Shown: positions 13,604 through 27,909 of the stretch, piece by piece | Layout of the letters: every line of letters begins with the position of its first letter | Position numbering within the stretch: position 1 is the stretch's first letter | Assembly: GCA_002633005.1 (NCBI GenBank) | Contig: NMRA01000296.1 | Coordinates: 412,399-476,398 of the forward strand | Source of the DNA: Phoronis australis | Lineage: Eukaryota; Animalia; Phoronida | Direction of reading: 5' to 3' | Length of the DNA stretch: 64,000 nucleotides | The notes under the pieces: model-generated | The model's database searches: none | Told to the model about the DNA's origin: nothing | What the model saw: the letters and a program-made list of their open reading frames with translations, nothing else | Made by a program: the position numbers and the translations under genes

Positions 13604-14984
13604 TCTAACTGAAAGCAGAGATTCATAGCTTGGCATGTTTAAAAATAAACCGAGAATTTGCAACAAGAGACAATAACGGTGAAACCCATATAACAGTGAC
13701 CATTCGCCAATAAAAACGTTTATCAATATTTGATGGTAAACCTATCAGGAAAAACATGATATATTTTCAATATAAATATCGCGTAATGACCCATAAATTA
13801 ATAACATGTACTATTGATTAGAGCACAGCACCAATCAGCGACTGGAAGAAACCCTTGTAACAGTAATGTAAAGCATCAGAACGCAAAAATTTATAAATTG
13901 ATTGAATTATATCTAATTACCTGGATATACGGATTATAGGATTTTTTTCACATCACACGAAGCACTAGTAGATGACTCCCAACCAATGAATGAATGCAAG
14001 ATACTGACAAGTCAGGCACTCTATACAAACACACAGGGTTGCATAACTACATGCTATTTAGGATGGAGTAAATTTGTTGAGTGAATTAAAAAAAAATAGT
14101 TCAGCAAGTTGTTTCTTAATTAATTAACAAAATGCCTGAGCTTCCACATATGTAAAACATTTGCCAGCCCTACATTCTATACAAATCGGCAGATCGTCAT
14201 CTGTGACCTGAACATATCCCAGGATATTTCAGCACATGGAATTCGTAGAAATCAGTTTGAATATTCGAGAACAAAAATATGCGACAAACACACCCAGGTT
14301 GAAAAAGTGGCCGTCCGATACAAAACAGGAATTCCAGAGCCCATAGTTACTTGCTCCAGAAGAAAATTCTTTGTCTGAAAATAAACAGATTCGCCCGCAC
14401 AGGAAATCATATGTTTCGGTTCTCTTGCGCCTGCACTGGCGGCCGTTTTCATCCACATTTGAAGTGGAATTCACACAAGTTGCCTTTGTTGTTTCCCGTT
14501 ATGAAGGAAAATGAACGAAACCAGGCTCAGCTCGCATGAGTTGAAATTCCCAAGTAGACTAATGGAAGTTGACCAAAACCTCATTTCACATTTACAAACT
14601 TCAGGTCACAAAAGCAAACTACAGTTCACTAAACAAAGCTTTGTTTACAGACTCACCACTGTTGTCCTCCTGTTCAACTGCATCTTTGTGTGGAGACTAA
14701 CACAGATTTATTAAAAGTTGACCACAAAACCATTTGCAAAAAGGTCATTTAGTACACAAACAAGTCGCCTCCAAGTCTAGATCCAAGCTATTACCAAGAA
14801 CATTACTACACGAGATGATATCCTTTACAACACAGTCAATTGAACGCATCATTTCTCTCTCAGTTATTATGCACATTTTTAAAAACTAATAATACCATGA
14901 GCCCTTTATGATAACAGCTGGTAATTTTAGGCCCTGTGGTTTTGTCAGGAAACTAAAACAGAAGGTGAAGGACATGTTAGAGCA

Positions 14985-15523
14985 TTGACGTTATGTAGGA
15001 TCATAGAAAAATGTCAAAATTTGGCAAACTTCGAAACAACAAATCTCAAGAATGGGCAATCAAACTCATGTGAAGCTTTTACATACCATACTGTGCTGTA
15101 TGCACTGTTCTCCAAAATACTGGGGAAGGAATTATATTTGAAATGTTCCACTTTTGCATGACAGACTGTCAAAAAGTAGGACTTCTATGACTTTGATGAA
15201 AAAAATCAAAAGTTGCATTAAATAAACAAACCATAATTTAGAAAACTGTAACTGACTTTTTAAGATTTCAATTTCAAATATTTGTATTTATAACAAAATT
15301 TGTTAAATGTTATTGACACCATTGTTTCCAATCAATATAGCGGGTTTTTTTCTAAATTTTACTAAGACATAGTGACGTGACACAATTAACTGCTGATTGG
15401 TAAAAAGTAAAAAATCATCTCTTTCAAGCATTCTGCTTTCCGAAAATATTTAAACTTTCATGACCTAAAATCTGTTTTGTAGATATTTGGTGCACAGCTT
15501 TGTTGATAAGATACTACATCACC
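14985..15523. mobile_element. Fragment of a TTAA-flanked (Kolobok-type) non-autonomous element; related copy at ~38590-38920
   Basis: Ends ...tacatcacc|ttaa; colinear with the 38.6-kb copy (tgttctccaaaa...cacttttg...taggactt...ttagaaaactgtaa...agatttc); left boundary approximate. Confidence 0.5.
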
Positions 15524-16229
15524 TTAAGATTAATAACAAAGCATTTTAACAGTGACCACTGATTCCTTTCAACAACAATGAACAAAACAAAATTTGACAA
15601 AACTGGCTTGCCTTCAGTTCACAAGGTCTTTTATAACAATATGGTAAAGACCCATAATTTTCCAAACATTGTTTGATGACAGCTACGGTACAGAAGTTGA
15701 ACATGGTGAGGATTCATTTTGGCATTTACATGGCTCTTAAAAAAATTTTTTAAAAAATCACTTTTCTGAAATTAAGCCCTAAATTAGACATTTTATTGGA
15801 AAAGAAAACTGTGTGAAATGATAACTTATTTGACATCAAGTGAGAAATAAAAGCAATGACTGAAAAAATGGCAAATTCATTACTGAACAGGAAAATGTTT
15901 GTTCAGGTTCTTAATTTTCATATTACGGGCATATGCAAAATAATCAGTGGGTTGACATCACATCAGCATTATTAGTCTTCATGCACGCCAATTTACATGA
16001 TTTAAAAAGTTCACAAAAGAAGACCATGAATTGTTTTATGAACCTTTTTTAAACACTAAAACTAAATATTAATAAGTGAAATGTAATTTAAATGTCCCTA
16101 GAGAAATTGCGTTGATGTGATAAGTCACCTTTGTGCATGCATATAGCACAGCTACAAGGAATGAACATTATTTCGAACACTCACACTAGAGGGAGCAATA
16201 TATATACATACAGTTAGAATATAAAATAG

Positions 16230-17170
16230 CCTCTAGGGGGCGCAAAGCAAATCGGCTAAGCTCTCCTGTGTTAAAGTCACTAGGAGGGGTCCAATCTTTT
16301 GAGATCTAAATTCATGCTCTGAAAAACAGGCATTAAACTGGTTTTCAAAACCTGAAGTCCCTGTAGGTGACTAGTGCCCTCTCCTAAACAGGAACACACC
16401 TGTCATAAAGTTACTATGGCAGAGGCGATGGCACAAGGTTCTTTTCAAAAAGACTTGTCCTATGCTGCCTCCAATTGGCCATTTTTGTGTCTGTATATTT
16501 TGTCTGCTTCTTTATTCGCCATATTGATTGAAGAATGATGAGGACAGGTGGCAGGTGTGTTCCTACTGACGAGAGGGTAATGGTTACCTACAGGGAGTGC
16601 AGATTTTGAGAAATAGTTTTTTCCAGTAAATATCGGGCATCAAACTGGTTTCCATAAAGAAACGTAGTGATATAGAGCCACAGCCCAAAAATCGTCACTT
16701 GGGGGCGCCACAGTAGTCAGATCGATATGCAAATTGTCAGCCATGCTCTTCTCAGTGGGAACACATAGGCCAATTTTCAAATGATCCTTTGAGTTTTTTG
16801 CCTGATAAAGAGGTAGACATCACAAAATGAGACACAACCAAGGTAGTAAAGAATATGCAGAATTTGCTTTAAAATAGAAAACCATTTTAGAAAAAATTCA
16901 TGAAAATCCGTCAGAAACTCCAAAGATACAGAGGAAAACGAGAAAAATTAAATTGTCTCTACAGGACAATGTGTCCAAAAGTCACTCGTTGGCATATTCA
17001 TTGGAAAGTCAAATTTAACAAAGATCATGCAAGGGGTTCGGGAGGAACAGCCATGGACACAAAAATGCCACTAGGGGGCCCACAGTAGCCAAACCCATTG
17101 GAAAATTAAATTCACCTGGGCTCTTATCAATATAAACATCACAGAATTTCCATGATTCTATGAGCAGTTT
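16230..17170 (+). mobile_element. Degraded copy of the CTCF-motif-bearing HINE repeat family (see 40549-42233), interrupted by a palindromic insert
   Basis: cctctagggggcgc (16230), gtcacttgggggcgccacagtagtcagatc (~16695) and acagccatggacacaaaaatgccactagggggcccacagtagc (~17047) match units of the 40.5-42.2 kb element. Confidence 0.55.
16342..16612. mobile_element. Short palindromic (foldback) element
   Basis: ctgaagtccctgtaggtgactagtgccctctcctaaacaggaacacacctg pairs imperfectly with caggtgtgttcctactgacgagagggtaatggttacctacagggagtgcag. Confidence 0.65.
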
Positions 17171-18519
17171 TGCACATAAAGAGGCACAACACCAATAGTA
17201 AGAATTGCCTTTAGGTGACACACACTCTGTGAGGGTGATTTAGTCAGAAGTTATAATCTTTAGAACTTGGTGTAAACACTACAGTTGCAAAAGTTATGTA
17301 GGTGGCGCTGCTGTCAAATCTTGTTAGAAACAGTGGCACAGTGTGGTGCGGAATCGAAAAGCGATAGCATTACCGACTAGCAACTAATACCAAAAACTGA
17401 GGTTACAACAGTTTAACTGTGTGAGTGAACAGTTACATTCACATAACAGATACAATTATAGAAAGTTACCTGGTTTAGGTGGTCTGGGCACAACATAAGT
17501 TGCCTAAAAACAGATTTTGATAGCACGTTTATACTTAAGTATGACACAAGCCCACCTGGGAATAAGCCAACACACAACTCCAAGCCCAAGGGCCATGGTC
17601 TTATACCAGAGCGGGCAGAGGAATCTTTATTCCTGTGCAGACAATTTTGCACACACCTATTAAAGAAGAAGGCTCAATCATTTCCTAACAACAGGCTAAT
17701 CTAATCATTTTAACCATCCCTACAATCTAGTTTACCCATGTTACTAAAGATTACACTGGGATAAACAGTGGTGTCACTTTTGGTCAATTGTTTAATTGGT
17801 AAAAGGCCACGGTCAATTACCCAATGACTTGTAATTGCTAGGTGTCAACAGGTGACAATGGATTACATAACCAAATGGTGTCAAGTGGTTTAAGTACCTA
17901 TCATGACACCTTCAAAACAAGGGCCTCCAAGCAAAACAGGTATTGGATAATGTTTTTTTTAAGAGCAGGTGCTTAACAGACAAAAATATAATAATGAAAT
18001 TCAAAGTCAAATAACTCGAAAACGTTAAGTCAGAGAAAAACGTTATCGCAGAAATTTTGAAAGAGCATACTTCAAGGAATCCACATGAAAAAATTCACGT
18101 CATTTGCTCAATGAAACCGCAGTGTTGAAGCCATGCAATTGCTTTTGAAATGACTGAATAAAATTATGGAAATTCTATCTTTTACTGGCAAGTGTGTGAC
18201 AAGTGGTCTTGAATGTATCAGACACCTGACTTAGAAAAAAAACAGGCACAAGCACAACAGAAACATTGAAAAGTTGTTATGTTATAGATAATAGAGTGCT
18301 CCATGCTTAGCCTAACACCAAACCCATTTGGAAACCTGGCACCAAACAAAATAAATCTGAGGTCGTCAATACTGAAAATTCCATGTCGCTGAATGAAATC
18401 TGAGGTTGCCAGTGTTCAGCATAAAATTCATCCACCTAAAAAAATCTTGTGCAGTGGTAACGTGCCCCGCAGTGCCTCTCCAATTTCTCCCCATTAGTGT
18501 ACCTTCATTATCTAACCTA

Positions 18520-21310
18520 AATCCTCCTGCTAATGAACGAACAAGGAATGCACATGATCGCATGCACTGGTGATACAGACATCACCAATTACGGCTGTTC
18601 CTGTTCTAATTAGAGCGCATGCTTGATGTGTGCTGACTGCTGTGGTGGCAAATGCACTGATTTCACGAAAAAAATGGAACAATTGTGAACCAAAGGCATT
18701 AATTCTATGAAAACTGTTAGCCATTTAAAATTTGCAAGTCATCACAAACTTTGAAAGGAATTTCGGTGTAATTACAGTAATCGTTCGGGTTAACGCCCAT
18801 GCTCAGTTAACCGCCCATCCCCTACTTTAGGTGGATTTTCGATTTAACCGTCCACTGCTCAGTTAAGCGCCCCCCTGCGATTTTTGAAGATTTCCAGTTA
18901 AGCGCCCACCTCTCGGTTAAGCGCCCATCCCCGACTTTTAAAGAATGAAGATTTAGCGCCTATTGCTAAGGAAACGCGCGATTCCCCGACTTTTAGAAAA
19001 AGATCGATGATCACAATGAGTGCAACGATGCCGGGACTCCGAGACGGTGGTTTAGCAATTTGAATTACAATACAGGTAACGAGTTATTGTCTTGGGTCAT
19101 GAATTCACTTCAAAATATAATACTTGAACCTTTTTGTCACTTTATTTTCTTCCCTTGTTTGCAAAGTTTAAGAACGCCGCCGGCGTCAAAACCTCCGCTT
19201 TCAGCGACTTTGTCTGTCGCGCTGAGTTTCCGTCTACAGTGCACTAGATAAAACATATATTCGAAAAAATCAGGCTAGAGAAATGTGACAATGGTTTCGC
19301 CAACCCTCCAAATTCTATTAAGGTGGGAAGCTCTCGTATTTTGAACAAATCTCATAACTCACGGAAAGATGTCAAATTCTCAATATTTTGATGAATATAA
19401 CTGCCAGGTTATAGAGGATGTGGGGCGACCGAAGGGACAGTACAAGTGCCTTACTGGGTTACCGATTTCGTTGCTGCCTGTCGATTTCTGAATTCAAACG
19501 TTGGCAATAATGTATGTTTGTGTATGATCTTGAAGTAATAAAAAACGGCTAGTCAAATTTTGTTTTTCGCTTATTGCATCTCAGTCAAACTGGTTAGCAG
19601 ATTTAACTAATGTTGCTGGCTGTTCTTTACTATTTCTTACGTCAGCCCCCACGTAAGCGTGACTGTGTGAATTATCGTTTCCACATCCCCTTTTCAGCCA
19701 TCCAGAATAATTTTGTTTATACATTGGCCATTTTCAGCCTGAACAAAAATTCTTACCATTGAGTCTGAAATATCTACGACGTAGACTGCTTGACGATAGT
19801 GGGTAGGAGATTCACGCAGCTAGTTACAGGGATGGGCTTAGGGAGCATCGAGCCGGGAAATACGGGAATAGACTTGACATACCAGTTTTGGGGAACATTG
19901 GCAACGACGGAATATCGTAAAGAACTGGGTCTTTCGTAACAATAGCTTAAAAGTACATAGTCACGCCCGTTTTTGTTACTTCGTCTGACTGTCGCTATTA
20001 TGTGTGACTGATTTGTAGTGGTGCACGTGCGCAAGTTCCCACACTTTGGAGTGCATGTTACCTTGACACCAACATGTGATTGACAGGTAACTCACACGTA
20101 GGCCCTATGTGCGTGCTGAATACCGGCACTATCTTTGGCCATAAAAAACGAGATGCATATTGAAAAAGGCCGTTACATTACTTGACGGCATTTCCAAGTC
20201 ACGATTGTCAGCCGACTGAGACATTGCGCGATAACAGCGGGACCGAACAGTGCCGCAGTGCGATATTACAAGTGATATAAATAGGATAATCTGGACATCT
20301 TGCATGAAAGATAAATGTTTTTCCATCACAAAGTTTGGTAAGGTGATCGTTTAGAATAATGAATTGAAACATTGCTGTTTTCTGACATTTTGTAACATAT
20401 TTATGCAGTTGCTTGAAATTTTCTTCTTGATCGACTACTGGCTCGACCACCCCCGATCCTTGTCTTACCTCTTTGCATAGCATGTTTGGCGCAACGGCAA
20501 GAGAGCAATGCCGGGCTGTCGAGATAAGACAGCTAGCCGCAGAACCATACGCTGACAATGTCATTGAGTCACTGAGTGTCGACTATAACATCTCAAACAC
20601 AAAAAACAATAGAGTTAAGTTTTTCAAACTTTTATTACAACCAATTTTAAAACTGCTCTCTGACACAGAACTTGATAGCTACATATAGTACGAGACTGTA
20701 ACCATAAATTTGATGACCTCTGCAACACGTGAAGCTAGCACGCGCGCACTTAAGCAGGGTCACATTTTAATTGAAACAGTTTTAATTCTAGTGGAGGCTG
20801 CGTGGTGACTGGTCGTCTCCGCACCGCAGGACGGCACGGGGCTATTACTCAGCAATTTTGTAAATTTAATAGTGAATGACTAATCTGGGCAAGAGAACCT
20901 TTGTTGGGATCATCTGCTGTTATGACGTTTTCACTGTCATTTGGCGACGAGACGATAAAGCTCTTTGAAAAGGGCTATGCATTCCGAGTATGATTGTCGT
21001 GTCGGGATTTAGATCGCCAGGTAAGATTAACCGCCCAGGGCGGTTGTCTGTCGTAATAAGCGCCCATGTTCGATTAACCGCCCATCCCCAACTTTTGGTG
21101 GATTTTCGATTTAACCGCCCACCGCTCGGTTCACCGCCCTCCCCCGATTTTTTGGATTCGCTAATTTAACCGCCCAGGGCATTAACCCGAATGATTACGG
21201 TATTGTCTTGAGTTTGATACTTGCAGTGGTGACTTCGCATTTCTCCCGCTGGTCACCAAACACAATTTGAGATCACACTGGTGACCTACACGTCGCCAAG
21301 TCGAGCACTG
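18520..21310. mobile_element. hAT-like non-autonomous element split by the 18775-21200 insertion
   Basis: 18520-18774 joined to 21203-21310 is colinear with the uninterrupted copy at ~36360-36722; ends gtcgccaagtcgagcactg / gtcgccaaatcgagccctg; left end undefined. Confidence 0.7.
18775..21200. mobile_element. Tc1/mariner-pogo-type non-autonomous DNA transposon, 2.4 kb, TA target duplication
   Basis: ta|cagtaatcgttcgggttaacgccc ... gggcattaacccgaatgattacgg|ta; arrays of ttaa(c/g)cgccc subterminal repeats at both ends in direct orientation; no transposase ORF recognised. Confidence 0.88.
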
Positions 21311-21577
21311 TAGTGTGTTCTGACATATTGTATGGAAATCAATACACTGTAATAAAACACACTGAAACATCATTGACAAGAAAACATACTTTATTACAAC
21401 ACAAATACACCATAAAAACATAAGCAGTTCTATCTTAAAGCTTAAGGTCATTTCGTATCAATTTCTAAAGAAGTGTAGCTGCAACTTACATAGTACCTAA
21501 GTTGAACCGTTCGCGTCAGCTTTAATACTTAGGTGCTCTGAAAAGGTTATGCAAGAGTATTCTTTTTGAAATTTGAA

Positions 21578-21582
<5 letters not shown>

Positions 21583-21635
<53 letters not shown>
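21583..21635. repeat. (TG)n microsatellite
   Basis: Uninterrupted TG run. Confidence 0.98.
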
Positions 21636-21637
<2 letters not shown>

Positions 21638-24600
21638 CCATGCCAAATGATGTTGTATGCATGTCGCAAGGTATTGTTTAATATGCAAGATCCATGCGAT
21701 GGGTGCCTTTGGGACATTTCCATTGTTTTCTTTTGTTGCGTCTTTGGTGGACATTACAATACAGGTTGCATGAATGTCTTACTTTGGCGGACATCAGCTA
21801 CTCGTTACAGATAAATGCTTGCCTTCATCTTTAATATAAGAAAGAAAAACAAAGTGAACAATGGATACACCTATCTATCGATATCTATGCAAGGCGCTTG
21901 CTAGTTTCCCATGGGCATGTATATGTATATGTAGATGTATATGTGGATGTATATGATATGGTCAGATGGCAAATGAAATGAAGAACTCATGGTGGTGCAA
22001 TGATTAATATTTTAACAAAATATAAGCAATTAATACCATAACACATGGCGTTACTGACGACACCTGCCGATAAAGTTATCCTTTCCTACTGTATACTCCA
22101 CTTTTAAACCCTACTATATAGCTAACAAGTGGTCCTAACTTTGATCCAAGACCAACATTAACCGCTCATACCGTCTGACACACCCCCAAAACATCAACCT
22201 TGGTATAAAAGGCCTTTTATCGATAGAATAATGCAAAACAAAAATGATAACCACCATTTATGTAAGTATGCATAATAGTCACACAACTTAACTGATTTCA
22301 ATTAACTTGCATAGACCTCATTATTAAACAACCACGGAAATTAATTATTAGATTGCATTCAACTATTTTTTAAGCTCACCAGCATGAAATATAAGAGATA
22401 GCACAAACAACTGCTGCTCGATCCCGACTCAGATTCGGAGGACTAAAATTCAGTTCAATAAACAGTGGTTCATTAATCTTAAAACAGAGAAATGAGAACC
22501 ACTGCCAGCACCTCCTACTTTTTGAATGGGTAAGTTCGTTAATTTATTTATTTTTTGACATTGGCTGGGAGAGAAATTCTCCAGCTTTATCAGTTTCAGC
22601 CACTGTCTTTGCAGGGTGCCGATTCTTCTTCGCAGTAGCAAATGTACGGAACATAATGTCCTCCATTCAAAGATCTTTCAAGAGGCCTGCCATTTTCATA
22701 AACCATCAGTACACCCCACTGGACAGCAGTAGAAATTCTCCAGCATTATGACAGCAGGCAAGGTATTAAAACGCTGTTTATAGCAGTAGGTTGAAGCCTT
22801 CCATCTGCATGGATCTGTAGAGAGCGCTGAACGCCTGTCCACCACAGATCTGACCACTGTCTGGAGAGATAGTTAATTTCAGTATGACGAAGATATTTAG
22901 AAGATCAGCAATTCGTGCATTCCAATTCCACGGTGTCCATAACCTCAGAGAAGCATAAATAAGCCAATGACTAATGAACAAATGTTGAAACTTCACAAAC
23001 AGTACAAGTATTGGTTTATAAAAGTAGCAATTTTGGAAGCAGTATAATGATGAAAAATGCGGGTTTTAAAACATTTCAGTGTGACTGTAAAAACAAAATG
23101 GCCACCACCTTTGCCATCATGAATCTGACAATGGCAAAAACAGTAGCCCCTGAGCTTTTCACGAGATACACAGATACACGTTATGTGTGCTGCAAGTCGA
23201 TCGAAAGAACACTGCCACCTGTCACCTGCATACGAACAAGCCAACTTCACGGCAAAGCAACTTTGTGAATTTATTTTGATTGGCCAAGCAAAACACAAAA
23301 CTTCACGGCAGAGCAAGTGATTTATTGAAACATGTATTGCCAAGTAATGACAAATGAATTGGCCCTACAGAATAAAATAAAAAATTAAAATTTACTTCAA
23401 TAATTGTCAAACAGATGAAGGGTATTGATCGAAGTGCCACATTACCATGAATGTCATTAAATTAAAATGTTAAAATGTTTAATTCCAAGATTATAGAGGG
23501 GATACTTAATGTATACATGTTAACTTCCGTTTCAGGCAAATTTTATATTCTAAACTGAAGAAAAGGTGATAAATTTTTGATTTGATTAATCTTTGCAAGT
23601 TGAAGGATAAAAAGCATTCTTCAAAAGGTTCATTATTCTACAAACGTTCACAAGTTCTGATTTTCGATACCTGTAAATTTTTCAAGCTATGCAGTTTGTT
23701 TCTCACCCATTCATAGAATAATTGGTACCAATGATTTCCTTTGTAACATAGGCATCTTGTCTTCAAATTTGAGTGCTTTTTGTAAAAAGGAACCAAAAAT
23801 TTCTCTTTTGGGTCTTACGATGAGATTCCTTTCAAAAGTGGATTTCCGATAAACCAAGGATAGTGTTAAATGAACACTTTTTGGTAGATGAAAAAATGTT
23901 TATCTCTTGATTTATGAGGCAAAATTAAAAATCCAAAACACCAATTTAAGAAAATAACCCCTTGTTTACCTTTGCTTAAAAAGAAATTTATGAATATTTT
24001 ATATTGGAAATTCAATGATAGATGGACCCCTATGACACCTTTATTTTTCCAACCATTGATTGACCTCTGGTATGAATGTATCATTTATGTGGGTACATGA
24101 TAACTTCTCTAACATTTTGTTTTTAAGCACCCATCACAATTTCAAAGTTTCCAATCTAAGCACCCTGGCTGGCACCCAGGAGTATGTTGCGGTAAAGTTT
24201 TCTCAAAGTTGAACAAAAATAACGGCCAAAATTGTCAATTTTTCATTTTACAAATGCTCATTGTACGGCCAAAATACATTCAAAATGCCACTGTATGTTA
24301 GCTGATGACAGTTCATACTATTTTAAGTTTTTAAATAACCAAAATTAATTATTTTTATTTATTCTCGTTGAAAATGTTTATAAAATAAAATTGTACTTCT
24401 CTGCCATACGGTGTTCTAATTTGAAGGAACTTCACAGTACCTTGTATTTGAGCAAATAGCTCTTGAAAATCCCCCGCAAAACAGCCACTGCCTGTGAGAA
24501 TATCAAACTGATGGAACACATCAACGTTTTGGGAGCAGGAGTCAGTCAGTATGAACGGTTAACTTCGGTCCTGGACTGAAGATCATAGTGCCAGTAAACT

Positions 24601-24703
24601 TCGCAGTAAACAGGTGGATTTAACAGCGGAGCGTTGATGCTGTGGTGTGGTATGAACACTCAACTTCGGTCCCATAGAAGTTATCACCAGGAGCCATTGT
24701 TAT

Positions 24704-25510
24704 TGTCAACAACTAAGGGGCAGTGTCGTCGCGAATAGTTGCTTATATTTTGCTCGAATAATCACCAAATTAGAAAAAGTTTTATGTCAATTAGCACAAG
24801 TAATTGTTCTCAAATTGTCACATGAAAAAAATCTTAGCATACTTTGATGACGACAGCGTCATCTACCATTTACTTTGATGTCCGGTATTAACGGTTCAGT
24901 CAATTTCGCGATTTACGTTGACACTCCGTTCACACCGGGAGTTAAGTCAGTATGAAAGGGCCAAGCAGACAGCAACTGTGTCTGTTTGGGGTCTCAGTGC
25001 CTGAGGTGGGAATTTTACCATATGTGACAGATGGCTATAGTCTGTTTCCAGGTAATGCCAGGTCTGAGTTACATAACATCACAAATTTTGGTACATTGTG
25101 GCCATAATGACATATGTAGTAGAACAGGGTGTGATTATGTATAATGGAAGTGCTGAAAGGTAGGTTTTTCAACATTTGATACTGTTTCAGATGTTCACTT
25201 TTGTATGCATAAAAGTGTACATGGGTAGGCATTGATTAAGTGTTCTCCATTTGGTTTTAGAAGAAACACCCTTCATCAGATGTTTTTCTGCGAACAGCAT
25301 CAAATCATAACATTTAAATTAGAAAACACCATTCATTGTTCACTGCAAAACAAGGAAGGCTTTTGCTGGTGGTGTTATTGTGGCTTTACACCCTGCTACC
25401 GATGTCAGTTACTGCATTCGACACAGGAACCAAAATCACAAAAAAGATTAACATACCAAAGGTGTCGATATACATATGCATACGCACACGCACACACATA
25501 CGTGCGCGCG

Positions 25511-25551
<41 letters not shown>

Positions 25552-25563
25552 ACACATATATAC

Positions 25564-25609
<46 letters not shown>

Positions 25610-26601
25610 AGAAACAAAGGGACAAATTAGAGGTTCAATTAACATTGGTGTCACAGCAGACAAAAACTGCCAAATCTTGCGAAACAGACCTTGGGCGAGA
25701 TCACGCGTGAATAAATAATGCCTTAATCGGTAAAATGCTTCCATTATACAGCGAAAATTACAATATCNTGTCAACAACAAAAGGGCAGTGTCGTCGCGAA
25801 TAGTTGCTTATATTTTGCTCGAATAATCACCAAATTAGAAAAAGTTTTATGTCAATTAGCACAAGTAATTGTTCTCAAATTGTCACATGAAAAAAGTCTT
25901 AGCATACTTCGATGACGACAGCGTCATCTACCATTTACTTCGATGTCCGGTATTAACGGTTCAGTCAATTTCGCGGTTTACGTTGACACTCCGTTCAGAC
26001 CGGAGTTAAGTCAGTATGAAAGGGCCAAGCAGACAGCAACTGTGTCTGTTTGGGGTCTCAGTGCCTGAGGTGGGAATTTTACCACATGTGACAGATGGCT
26101 ATAGTCTGTTTCCAGGTAATGCCAGGTCTGAGTTACATAACATCACAAATTTTGGTACATTGTGGCCATAATGACATGTAGTAGAACAGGGTGTGATTAT
26201 GTATAATGGAAGTGCTGAAAGGTAGGTTTTTCAACATTTGATACTGTTTCAGATGTTCACTTTTGTATGCATAAAAGTGTACATGGGTAGGCATTGATTA
26301 TGTGTTCTCCATTTGGTTTTAGAAGAAACACCCTTCATCAGATATTTTTCTGCGAACAGGAGCAAATCATAACATTTAAATTAGAAAACACCATTCATTG
26401 TTCACTGCAAAAGAAGGAAGGCTTTTGCTGGTGGTGTTATTGTAGCTTTACACCCTGCTGCCAATGTCAGTTACTGCATTCGACACAGGAACCAAAATCA
26501 AAAAAAAAGATTAACATACCAAAGGTGTCGATATACATATGCATACGCACACGCACACACATACGTGCGCGCGCACGCACACACACACACACACACACAC
26601 T

Positions 26602-26636
<35 letters not shown>

Positions 26637-26796
26637 TGAGAAACAAAGGGATAAATTAGAGGTTCAATTAACAGTGGTGTCACAGCAGACAAAAACTGCC
26701 AAATCTTGCGAAACAGACCTTGGGCGAGATCACGCGTGAATAAATAATGCCTTAATCGGTAAAATGCTTCCATTATACAGCGAAAATTACAATATC
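24704..26796. repeat. ~1.05-kb near-identical direct duplication across the N at 25768 (probable haplotype-overlap assembly artefact)
   Basis: 24704-25767 and 25769-26796 differ only by scattered SNPs/indels and microsatellite length, and abut an N. Confidence 0.9.
25468..25607. repeat. Compound alternating purine-pyrimidine microsatellite (CG/CA/TA); shorter allele at ~26531-26636
   Basis: ...catacgtgcgcgcgcacgcac(ac)n...(ta)n. Confidence 0.95.
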
Positions 26797-27909
26797 ACTA
26801 GTTATTAAGAAATTTGCCCAAAATTACTTCAACTAATTACTATGAAGCTAACAATATGGTTATCTAACGACATAGTCGATGTACTGCGTGTCAAATTGCC
26901 CAGGTTTATTAAATTCCCTAATTATAGTAGTTAGAGAGAAATTTAAAGCAGCCACAGCATTATTAGATGGCCACTGGCCAGTTGAGTGTTTCAGAATTTT
27001 TGCTTGACTGTGGCCTCTAAACAGACTATTGAAAGCCAACATAGACAGAGGACATGAGAGGAGTATCAAGACATGGGACAAAGGGAAACAACTGGAAGCC
27101 ATCTAAATAAGAATATTGGCAAAACAAAAAGTTTAGTAACGATTGCAAATCATAAAGTTCTCAACGATTACAATAACTGCACTGCACCATCCACCTCGTG
27201 TGAAAGCAGAATACATTAAATAGATTTAACTGCAGTTAGGTTGCATGCCCAACACCTCCTTAGGCAATGACAACAATTAATGGCCTTTTCCCACTAACTC
27301 CGCTCCACTTGTTCTAGGGTAACCTGTACCATTTCTAATTGCTATGTGGCTGCAAACCTGGTGCAACACGGAAGTAACCATTGATTGTATGCTAGTAAAG
27401 CAACCTACATGCGGGTCTTTTTACCTGATGCACATACGCAGAACAACAACTTGCGCCTTACACTAGGTTTCAGTTATATGTGTATGGATGCTCTGCTTAA
27501 AGTGCGGCAATCAGTGCAAGTTGTTTTAGGGTAAGTCTGTGTGGGGGGGTACTTAAGATAATTCTGGTTTAACTTCTGCGTCCGCAACTAGCCTTATGGC
27601 ATTTTTTTTTAATTCTGGAACCGTCTACTTCAATTTTGAAGGTCATAAGTGGCCATGGTGAGTGTCTAGCTCAGGTAAAGCGCCCGCGTATGGGTAAGTT
27701 GATTATTTTTAGTGAATTCTGTCACTTAGTAAGACTCTTTTATTGGTGATCAAAATACGTAAACATCATATGACCTGTTCACAACCCATCACAACAGAGC
27801 TCATGTAGTACAAAAGTGCGCTAAAACAAGAGCATTAGTCACATTGCTAGCAACTTTAGTGTAGCAAATTGAATAGGCTAGGTCAATAAAGTTTGATTTA
27901 TATTGTGCA

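Noticed and set aside
25232-26773. Longest ORFs in the track (110-132 aa, e.g. 25232-25630, 25336-25710, 26294-26659)
   Set aside because: Open only because they run through CA/TA microsatellites (HT/YI/CV repeats) in a gap-flanking duplicate.
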